Assembly: GCA_032718475.1 (NCBI GenBank)
Contig: JAUCBJ010007917.1
Span: 1-60,222, forward strand
Length of the DNA: 60,222 nucleotides
Source: Nemertoderma westbladi
Taxonomy: Eukaryota > Animalia > Xenacoelomorpha
Reading direction: 5' to 3'
Shown one piece after another: positions 33,601 to 43,414 of this stretch. A program made the position numbers and the translations under genes. The notes under the pieces are model-generated. The model had not been told where the DNA came from, made no database searches, and saw nothing but the letters and a program-made list of their open reading frames with translations. Position 1 is the stretch's first letter; each line of letters opens with the position of its first letter.

Positions 33601-36344
33601 AGGAACGTCAGTTGGGCTTCCCAGTCCCTCCATCGCTCAGCTAACTTTTCTGGGATGGGATCGTCCCATTCCAGTCCGGCTTGCCAAATGCTGCGGAGTA
33701 TGATCCTAGCATGTAGGATCACTGGACTAATGAAACACAATGGGTCATACAATCGACTCATGGTCGATAAGCAAGTCCTCTTAGTGAGAGGTCTAGTCTG
33801 GTCGTTGGACCTTACACGTACCCTAAAATTGTCGGTGTTAGGGTCCCAACTAAGTCCTAATACTTTGGTCGTCGGCAGAGGTTCTAGGTCTAAGTCCAAG
33901 TCACCTCCACTGCGATCCATCGGGTCAAATGAGTTCACCAGTTCGGGTTCGTTGGAAGCGAACTTCGTCAGGTGAAATCCGCCCTCAGCGAGACAATCCT
34001 GGAGTTGGTGTGCTACGGTTGTAGCGCGCTCCAAGGTGTCACAACTCTTGAGGCCGTCATCCACGTAGAAGTCTCGTTCCACGGTCCGAACTACTTCTGG
34101 GTCAAATTGGTCTCGTCTGTCCAATGCTGTCTGCTTTAATGCGTACATGGTGCAGTTGGGGCTGTCCCTGGCTCCAAATACTCTTACCTGCATTTGGTAA
34201 GTTTCTGGCGGAAGTTGTAAGTTTCCGTCCAGATACCAAAGAAACCTCAAACTGTCCCTGTCCCGCTCCAAAGCCTTAACCTGGTGAAACATGGCCTCTA
34301 CGTCACAGGTGAAAGCCACTTTGCGTTGTCTAAAACGCATTAGGACTCCCATGAGGTAATTATTCATATTCGGCCCGTCCATCAGTTCTCTATTCATAAA
34401 CATCCCTTGGTAAAGCGCAGCGCAGTCGTTGACTACACGCACCTTGCCAGGTTTGTCCGGGTGTCGAACAAAATGATGTGGCAGGTAATATGTCTGGTCT
34501 GTGGTTACCTCGGGATTTAACATCCTAATGGCATATCCCTTTTGGAGATACGTCTGAAGTTGTGCATTGTATTGCATATGGGCCATCTCGTCTCGCAACA
34601 ATCGCTGCCTTATTGATTTGAGTCGCCTCAAAGCAAGCGGGTAATTGTTAACGAGTTTAGGTTGTCCATCGCGCCACAACATACCAACCTCATAGTGGCC
34701 ATTCGTGGTCTGGCGAATGGTATCTCTCATAATATTTAATGACCGTTTTTCCTGTTCTGACATAGCGGTCTCGTAACTACCGGGTTCTGCTGAGTCCTGT
34801 TCCAACCATTGTATGGTCCGTTCAGTCAGCAGTCGGTCAAGCGCTGCTTGCACTGCGCCATGGTCCTCGTCCACGTCTTCGTCCGCTGCGGTGGCTAGTG
34901 TCAATGTGTCTGGTAGGCTCGCAAGCCTTCCGGTGTCACTAGTCGGCGTCGAATCGTCGTGCGGCGGTTTGACAACCTTTTGATCTGTCGGTAGGCTCGC
35001 AAGCCTTCCAAGATCAACGACCGGTGTCGAAGCCTGGTGGGTGGGGTCAATGACCTTCGGATTTTTCGGTAGGCTCGCAAGCCTTCCAAAATCCTCGTTC
35101 ATCGAGTCATCCACGGCAACAACCCTTAGGTCTTCAGTAGTCAATACAACCTGGTCTACTGCAAGTAGTTGTAAGTCAGAGGTCCGTATGGTCGTGTCCA
35201 GATCGGTTAAGTCAGTATCGGTGGCGTCTGCGTTAGTGACGCAAGTCTGTCGTAGTGCCGTCCGTACAATTGGACCACAGGAGTGTGAAGGAGAATTATC
35301 TATCATGTTAGTCAATAAACTACACGTACTCAAAACGTCGTCCTCCTGGTCACTTACCTCTAGTGAACGTATTGGTGCTCTAGTATACCAACCTATGGGA
35401 GTTCTACATGCGTAGGGGTTGCCCGCTGTAATAACAGATGGGCGTGTCTCCCATACCTGATGTAAGTTAAACTGGTCTGTCCCAATTAACATCGCAATAG
35501 AACGATAATTAACAGGACATTCTGGTATTCCAAGGTGTCGGAAATACTTACGATCTTCCGGTGATTGCTCTGGCACAGGGCCGAGCAAGTTACTAAAGTC
35601 CTTCGTAGCTGCAAAGGTCAAATTTCTTACCGGAAGTAATGAGCGCTCCTCCTTGCTGTGTTCCGCTTTGGAAAGAAGAGTGTCTAAAGTTAGTTTTACT
35701 CTCGTCACAGGAATCGCTCTCTTACCATGCATGCTGCTTACAGTATACTGAGCAGTCTTACCTTGACTCATGTCCGTAACTACGTCGGCTACTTGTTCGT
35801 CGACATAACTATGCGATGACGCAGAGTCTAAGATGGCGTATATACGCTTGCTCCCTCGGGTTCCGGTAATCTTTATAGGAATCACGCTAAACCCTTTCAA
35901 TTGGTTCTGTGTGAGGAGCGTTATCGAAGGCTGTTCCTCACCTGCATGCACGTAAAAAGTGTCGTCTTCCTCCTCGTCCTCGTCCGATGATCCTGATTGA
36001 TCCATACAGTCGGTATAAAAGGTACGGATCTCACGCGGCGCACGCTCCTTATAAAGCGCATCGCATCTAGCCGCTTTATCTGGATGCTCTCGTCGAAAGC
36101 GTCTGGTCGGAGTATGACTGGTTGTGTGAAGCAACGCGTCATGGTTACGTCCACACAAAGAACATGTATCGTCGCTCGGGCAATCCTTCCGGACGTGTCC
36201 TGGCTTCATACATCTCCAACAGGAATCTAGAGATCGGATTTGGAGTCTCCTCTCCTCGATCCCTAACTCTTTAAAAGCGCGACATCCACGTAGTTTATGT
36301 CCGTTTCTGCGTTTCTGCCGTTCTGCTCGCAGTATGAGCATCAC
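30647..36344 (-). pseudogene. pol: BEL/Pao pol (zinc knuckles, aspartic protease, RT, RNase H, integrase) with a frameshift in integrase at ~31315
   Basis: CWRCMKPGHVRKDC; ILDSAS; FTCDVEAMFHQV; FYVDD; HSFSDAS; HHCC; DCFG/CDQG. The alternate frame carries NTPDSPWRGGVWERLIG and the integrase C-terminus (30647-31201). Confidence 0.92.
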
Positions 36345-39300
36345 ACAAAGTCCGCCGGCAACTGTTGTCGTGGCTGCGTGGTGCCGATAGGCGTCAGAAC
36401 TTTAGAAGTCTCAGTAGGGGTGGCGTAAGTAACGGCTTTCGCGTTCGTCGGAAGTGGTTTTGTCCGAGTCGGCGCAGAAACAGCTATCCCTTCCGCCGCG
36501 ATATGGTGATCGGTATAGTTCGATCGAGTCTCTATCACGGCCTCCCGTGAAATAAGTTGATAGACATCGGTGAGTTTTAATAACCCTCCGGCCTCTTCAC
36601 GCTGGTACTCGATGTGTCGCCATTCTCGTCGTAGTCGATGGTGAAGTCGACCGATTATTCGAATGAGAACCGTCGCTGCGTTAGCGTACTCGAGTTGTCC
36701 AATGGACCGTAAAGTCCCTATAGCGTTCTTTATTTCGTCCGCGAGTCGTAAAAGGTCGATCGGTCTCGAAATGTTGCCTCCTCTGCAGAGGTCTTCAATA
36801 ATGGATTTAGCCATGGCGACGTTACCGCCGTAAATCGAATACAAACGGTCGTACGCCAATTCAAAGGCATCTGGAACACCGATAAAGGTTTCCGCTAATC
36901 GTTTCGGCTCACCAGACAGAACTTGGAGCAAGTAATTAAACTTCTCCGTCGAGGTGAAAGCACACTTAGAGATCTGGGACTCTACGTAGTCTACCAGTGT
37001 GCGCCAGTGTTTCGCGTTGCCAGAGAACTTCGGCGGTTGCTGTGCCGGTAATCCGTGTCTAGCCGCGAATTTCGCAATCTCGCTAACCAAATCCAACTGT
37101 CCGCGTCCCTGTTCGGTGGCGTCGTCCAGTCGTTCCCTTCCGCGCGTTGTTTGTCGGTAGGAATTATTAATGGGATCTTCTTCTCGATGTGTCGGAGTCC
37201 GTCTAGTCTCCTGTTCTCTCCTCGGTGGTCGATGTTGTCTAGGTTGTTCCAACTCCACGCTGGTTCGTGATCGATCCGACGGTTGCGCTTCGAGTCGCTC
37301 TTCTATCTGAGCTAGTCGGTCCGCTACAGGTCGCATTATTTCGGCGAGTCTGTTGGTGCTGATCGCTTCCGCTGGTTGCAACGTGGTTTTCTGTTGGGGT
37401 GTTTCTCGAGGTGGATCGTCGATGTAGGGATTCGTCGACCTCTCCTCTCGTTTGTAATCTTCCGCCGCTCCAGTACGGAATATTTCCCGTTCCGTCGACT
37501 CCGAGTCGCTAGATGAGTCGCTGTTGTCCGGATAAGGTGGCTGGCGGGTTCGTGTCCGGCGTATTATTCTAGATTTCGTCCGTTGCGGTCCGGAATCTAT
37601 GGCTCTCCGTTGTTCGGTAGGCTCGCAAGCCTTCCACGAAGTCGTAGGTCTCGCTATATGTTGTCCGATCCCATGGGTACTACCCACATCCATCCTCCTC
37701 CGTAGTTCGGTAGGCTCGCAAGCCTTCCACGAAGTCGTAGGTTGCGTCGAACATTGTGTCAACGGTCGAGTGAAATAGTCGGGTTTCGTAGTCGGTCTGT
37801 AAATAACTGGATTTGCACAGCACGTCACAGGTTTAACTTGTAATGGTTTACTCACCTGTTTAATGGTCATAAACGCAGGTTCCTCTCTTCCTACAAGTAG
37901 ACTACGACTTACTGTAGGTGGACTAGTTGCGTTACCTGCTAAAATCGGCGATGAAGTCGCCCTAGGTTGCGGTATTTCTGTCACAACAAACCTGTTGCCT
38001 TGCGTCGAATGCACAGGCGTTATTTCCTTAGGTTTCGTAACGAAGACCGGTTTTATCGGAGTCGTGGGTTTGAGCATAGGAATAACTTGGGGAAAACGTT
38101 TACAGTAATCCTCGACGAACTCCTCTCCTCGATCTATCGCTCCCACACTTCCTTCCTCGATCCGCTTCTGTATTCCGCGATATCGAGCTTCCATACGATC
38201 CAGGGCAGACAAGTCGTGTCCAGTTCGCGATCTTATAGATCTATCTCTCGCGTCGAGTTCGAGGTCCGCTTGCGCGTTTGCTGTCTCGCGCGATCTACGA
38301 TTCAATTCGAACTGTAGTTGCATTTCCCTTTCGCGTCGATTCGCTACTTGTTGTTGTGCCGCTAACTCCGCTTCCTGTATAGCTAAGCGTGCGTTTATTT
38401 GTCGTGCCTCCAACTTAGCGCGAGCGTCGGACGCTGCCTTCTTCCGTGCTAACTCAGCTGCGTTTACCGCCGCAACTCGTACTAGCTCGTCGGCTGCCGC
38501 CGCCGCGGCTGCTTCTTGCGCCAAGTTTTCCTCCAATCTGCGCATTTCCGAAGCTTCGAATTCGGCTTGCGCCTTGAGTTGCGCAATTCTTGCCTCGTCC
38601 TCTCTATGTTGTTTCTCTCCTTCGATGGCGATCTGTGCCATCTGGTGTTGCGCTTCTTCCTCGGCGACTTGTTGTCGGCGTGCAACCTCCTGTTGTTGTC
38701 GAGTAATTCCAGACGCTGTTCTACTAACGTCGCCAACGTCGCTCCGTACGCTAACGAACGATCTATCCAGTGGTGGATGTTGGTAGGCTCGCGAGCCTTC
38801 CGTAGTGAGAACTTCCGTCGTCCCTCGCGGTTCGACTTCCGGTTCGTCGATCGGTACGCCGCATCTACGAAGAAAATTGGTCAGCGTTTCCAACCTTCCG
38901 TCCAGGCAGTAGAGTTCTTCTTCCTCTTCGGGTTGTAACAACGCGTCCGAAACTGACTCACCTAGCAGTTGGTCAAACTGCTCCTGTTGAGCCAATCTTA
39001 TTACTGACTTAAACTGGATAATGCTTTCTCTCGCACTTACTAATTTATCTACTATCTTTACCTGAGTAAAGTTGTCGCCACGCAACTCTGCAAGTTCGTG
39101 TAAACCTTTAAGTTTATCTACGGAGGCATGTACCCTACTTTCTATCCTTACCTGTAAGGTGTAGAACTCGTATCTCGACATCGGGGCGGTTAACTCGCGT
39201 AAAACGCGAAAACCTTCTCCGAGGTTCCGAGTAATCTGGGCCATGTGTCCTCCTATACTTCTAATAACGTTCTCCTGGCTTCCAGTCGAACTTACCATGT

Positions 39301-39526
39301 CCGGTTCCCGTGATCTAGTCTGCGGGACGGTAAGGAAATCTTCGATTCTGCCGTCGCCACGCGTTGCGGCTTCCGGTATTTCCGTTCGGGGTACCGGCGA
39401 CGCAAGCGGTGTGACATCGGTGGAATCTCGGGTTCTCCTTCTCGGTTCGTCTACTGTCGATCTGTCCGGGTCGCACGAGTCATAGTCGGTAGGTGGGTAT
39501 CTCGTCGAATGGGGTGTGTCACTCAT
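36341..39526 (-). CDS. gag: BEL/Pao gag (coiled coil plus DUF1759-like capsid region)
   Basis: PPKFSGNAKHW..EKFNYLLQVLSGEPK..AYDRL..YG matches the BEL gag core. Confidence 0.85.
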   Translation of the reverse strand: MSDTPHSTRYPPTDYDSCDPDRSTVDEPRRRTRDSTDVTPLASPVPRTEIPEAATRGDGRIEDFLTVPQTRSREPDMVSSTGSQENVIRSIGGHMAQITRNLGEGFRVLRELTAPMSRYEFYTLQVRIESRVHASVDKLKGLHELAELRGDNFTQVKIVDKLVSARESIIQFKSVIRLAQQEQFDQLLGESVSDALLQPEEEEELYCLDGRLETLTNFLRRCGVPIDEPEVEPRGTTEVLTTEGSRAYQHPPLDRSFVSVRSDVGDVSRTASGITRQQQEVARRQQVAEEEAQHQMAQIAIEGEKQHREDEARIAQLKAQAEFEASEMRRLEENLAQEAAAAAAADELVRVAAVNAAELARKKAASDARAKLEARQINARLAIQEAELAAQQQVANRREREMQLQFELNRRSRETANAQADLELDARDRSIRSRTGHDLSALDRMEARYRGIQKRIEEGSVGAIDRGEEFVEDYCKRFPQVIPMLKPTTPIKPVFVTKPKEITPVHSTQGNRFVVTEIPQPRATSSPILAGNATSPPTVSRSLLVGREEPAFMTIKQVSKPLQVKPVTCCANPVIYRPTTKPDYFTRPLTQCSTQPTTSWKACEPTELRRRMDVGSTHGIGQHIARPTTSWKACEPTEQRRAIDSGPQRTKSRIIRRTRTRQPPYPDNSDSSSDSESTEREIFRTGAAEDYKREERSTNPYIDDPPRETPQQKTTLQPAEAISTNRLAEIMRPVADRLAQIEERLEAQPSDRSRTSVELEQPRQHRPPRREQETRRTPTHREEDPINNSYRQTTRGRERLDDATEQGRGQLDLVSEIAKFAARHGLPAQQPPKFSGNAKHWRTLVDYVESQISKCAFTSTEKFNYLLQVLSGEPKRLAETFIGVPDAFELAYDRLYSIYGGNVAMAKSIIEDLCRGGNISRPIDLLRLADEIKNAIGTLRSIGQLEYANAATVLIRIIGRLHHRLRREWRHIEYQREEAGGLLKLTDVYQLISREAVIETRSNYTDHHIAAEGIAVSAPTRTKPLPTNAKAVTYATPTETSKVLTPIGTTQPRQQLPADFV

Positions 39527-40467
39527 GTCTTATTATATACGTCAAGTACGGGTAATAAAATGTCAAAGTGTCTGAATGTTGAAGTGTCAAACTTACCTCG
39601 GTATATATAGTATATATATACCCTAACCGGTACAAATAAATCAACAAGTCAGAATGTCGAAATGTCAAAATGTCGAAATGTACAAATGTCAAACTTACCT
39701 TGATATATATATATATCATATATATACCCTAACCGGTACAAATAAACTAACAAGGTATAAAATAAGTAGTAATCTAGCCTACCGGCTAAATTTGTACGAA
39801 TAAATGAGATAACGATATACGTTAACAAAATATAGATCAACAAGTACGAATAATAGGCTAAACAGCAACGTCTAACGGGAAAATAAGTACCAACAACACT
39901 ACAAATAGACAGTGAAACCCACAAATTTTGAGTACTACTGTGCTTTCTTAAGTTTGAACGACGCGAGTCGTAAAACTTACGTTCCTTTGATCTTCCAGTC
40001 GTACAAATTCCCAAATACAAACCGGACGTGGGTCTTTCCGTTTTTCGGCGGCGCGGACGAATTTATTATCTCCCAAACTTTGCGAAAAGCGGTCTAATCC
40101 TCGAAGCGGTCCAGAAATGAGTCCTTGAGTCCTGAAAAGGTCGAAGGTGAGAGTTTTACTTCTACGCTTACGAAAAATCTTCCTAGGTACCGATACAAAT
40201 TGGTCTTTAAACCCTATGTACCTTTTCAAGTACCGAAAAGTAACACCGCACACACACGGCGTAAAACAAAGTGCTACAAACTAACTGTTAGCTAGTCAAA
40301 TATTAAATACGAAAGTACTAGCTACCCTAAAAGCCTACTGAAGCAGGGGACGTTCTAAATTACTAAATTCGCTAACCTTAAATTTTAAATATCTCCTACT
40401 TTCAATAGCTAGCAGATCTAAACAATACTATACACTAATTTCAGAATTTGTATAATATACTTCCTAC

Positions 40468-42364
40468 TGTAAGGGTCCAGTAGTATACCGCTTACCAGAT
40501 CCTAGTAACGATGTATCTTACTATGAGACTCTAGTAATGTATACGGGCTTGTACAGTATCTGACAACAAATCCCAGTCCAGGATATCTAAACAAACAGAT
40601 ACAATACACAAACGACTACTGGCGAGGAACAGAGCCTAGTATCTATTCTATGTACGTGAGCGGGTCTAATGCCTACGTACTAGACAAAAGGATACCTGTC
40701 CTCTAACCGGTGAGGCAGATGTACAGTTACAGTAACGGACCAAACTCACGGGAAAACAATCCCCGCGCAGCGAATCCTAACTATCACTGACAGTCCTAAA
40801 TACAGTAACTTGCCGCGGTGTGATTTATATGGTTTATATACGAACTAGGTGGTTAACAGACCTAGTGTAACAATGCTGATTACCCCTGTCTAAATCAGCC
40901 TAAAAGGTCGTGCCTAAATGTAACGATAACTGATCCCCCTGTACGAAATCAGTCTAAAGGGTCAGGCCTAAATGTAACAATAACTGCTGGACAGAAAACA
41001 ACAGTTTAATATCGAAAGTGAAATACTCTCTCTTGCCGCAACTAATTCAGATCCTAATTTTACAAATACAGATAATTTCCACCTAAAGTAATGTATAGTG
41101 CGCTATAGCTAGTAGAACTTTACGGGCAATATGTTTTAGGGCGTGTGTCTGTGGGTGTGTTACAAATAAAACAATTTCGTGTAATTCCTTTACTAGGTTT
41201 TAGTGATTTTCTGACTAAATGATACCGTGCGCTAGCTACTAAAATAAACTAGTCGCGTTTGTAGAACTTTATACTCACAAATGACGTCAAAGCTCTCTCC
41301 TTCCTATCCACAACCCAATGGGCAACCACAGTGTTAGTAACTACACCCGTGATCGGCACTAATACCAGATTCTGGTTGTAAGATAAGAAATAGGGGTTAA
41401 TTGCTACCGTACGTTAGCTGATCTGGTATACTAATTTAATTCTAGAACTTTGTTGCTGCGGTAGTTAGCAGCAATACCTATCAGTACGTGGCAAGGCGCG
41501 GTAGGATATTAATAAACCTCCCTAGGCCAAGCAGTGTGCCGGTAGCAGAAATACTCCTTGCCTGATCAAATAGCTAACTCCAGACAGGGGGGGGGGGGGG
41601 TACTAATGTACGTTCTACAAAGCGAACCGGTACCAAACAGTCAGTGCTACGAATCACTAAATTATGGAACATATGCTGTCCGTACCTAATATGTACTCGC
41701 GTACTGACGAATGGCAATAGTTCGCACCTTTAGGAAGTACAGGTTAACCCAGGGGTTCGTAGGACTGACAAAGGGGGGGGGGTGTTTCTGTCTGAATATA
41801 ATTATTTGATCCTAAATTTGCGGCGTCCAGTACGGCGTCACGCTTACCCTGATCTATAGGTCTTACGGCGGGCAAGGGCGTCGAACAAAGTCTTACCTTC
41901 TCACAAAGCGGGCGCTGCATGGCAAGTTGAGTATTTCGAAGGGGCAAAGGGGGTGCGCGATCAATCCAATGTGGGCGCTAGCGTGTTGTGGACATCTTTT
42001 CCCTGCGTTGCTTACTGCCTAACAGTCTAGGCTGCCATCTCCCTGATGTTTGGCTGTCCCAAAGTTGGACCAAAAGAAAACATGTTCAGGAATTTGCAGT
42101 ATATTTACAGTTTTACAAAGGATTTATCAAATAAAGTTTCAAATACAAATTTCCCGACCGGGATTCGAACTCGTAACCTATGTAATGTAACCAACGCCTT
42201 AACCATCTGACCACTACGCCACAAGAGTACCTAAGGGTTTTATGTGTACAAATATGAATAGGCATATTACATTACTGTAACTCAATCAAAATACGTCGGA
42301 TTTTCGAAAGTTTTTACGTTAAAGTTAAACTACAAATGCTATCTTATAGTGAAATAATTCATCA
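40468..42364 (-). repeat. 5' LTR of the family 1 element (1897 bp; ~355-bp deletion of the core promoter)
   Basis: Near-identical to the 3' LTR except that the segment matching ~24929-25285 is missing (junction near 42140). Confidence 0.95.
42151..42220 (-). ncRNA. tRNA-like A/B-box cassette in the 5' LTR
   Basis: Same sequence as 25294-25363. Confidence 0.6.
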
Positions 42365-43414
42365 ATATCCAATAAAATGGTAGGCTCGCAAGCCGAACTG
42401 CCGAACTCCTCGATCTCGCCTTTCTCGTACGCTTTGTACGCCCTATAGAGGCTCAAAGATTCCCTTTTCTCTTGTGTCGACTTATTAGACTCGTCCACTA
42501 CCATACTGTAGACGTCTGGTTCGACTAATTTGGGTTCATAAATAACAATCTCGCACGCGTTCGGTCCACTCATCTTAAACGAATGGTACGGATTCGTCAA
42601 AGGGTATCCGCCTTCTTGGTAACGCAGACTTTGGTGGTATGAACATCGCGCTAATATCGGCTCGGGGTTCTCCGGGTTCAAGCGCATAGGAGTCGCGTGG
42701 TCTTGCTCACGCATACATCCTCCACATTTATAGAACAGTTTATATAAATGGAGAACGCTTCCTTAGTTTCCGGATCCGCTCCTCGAGCGCGTCTATAAAG
42801 ATCATATCTCTGTGTCTCGGGTCCTCGCAAACGTCGCTGGCGTCGCATAACGCATAGTAGGGGTACAACGCTTTGAACTCCGCGCGTAACTCCTCTGCTC
42901 TTTTGTTATAAGCATCCAATCGCTGTCGCGTAACGTTTGGATCCGCCTTGGACTTAGCGAGCTTGGCTGTACTCCTAGCCATACTCTCCACTCCAAACAC
43001 GTTAAAGTTTTGGCCCCATATCGGTTTAACGGCGCCTGGTGCTCCTATTCCTGTGTGAATCCCTGTATATAGTGTTTCTACTAGAGGAAGCACAAACAGA
43101 GGTTAGATGTAAGGAGACTTAGAGTTTTGTTGGCTTTTGGCTCAACTTTGCTCTAAAACCCCTACCCATTTGCTTAATGACTTCGGGTTTCGCGTGATTT
43201 CGCACTGGCTCCTAATCCAAAAAAAAATGTGCTAATAAAAAACGAATTCCGGGTAAAATAAACGGTCTAAAATACTCACCTTTTAATTTCCCAAACTACT
43301 ATCCCAAAGAAAATAGTGCAGTCGAGAATTAATTTGGTCTAAATAATAGTAGACACGACTACGTAGAACAAGGCCGATTTTCTTTTCCAAAAAAAATTTA
43401 TCTGTAGGCTTGCA
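42365..43414 (-). pseudogene. Old family 1 copy, continued: ORF3 N-terminus and its upstream intron
   Basis: ORFs 42325-42714 and 42740-43093 match the ORF3 N-terminal region, with frameshifts. Confidence 0.85.

Larger units (their letters stand above)
23263..42364 (-). mobile_element. Full-length BEL/Pao LTR retrotransposon (family 1) with an extra third ORF; TSD ATATC
   Basis: Near-identical LTRs 23263-25507 and 40468-42364 (element sense TGATG...TTACA). TSD at 23258-23262 and 42365-42369. Domain order gag-PR-RT-RH-IN with BEL-type motifs. Confidence 0.95.
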
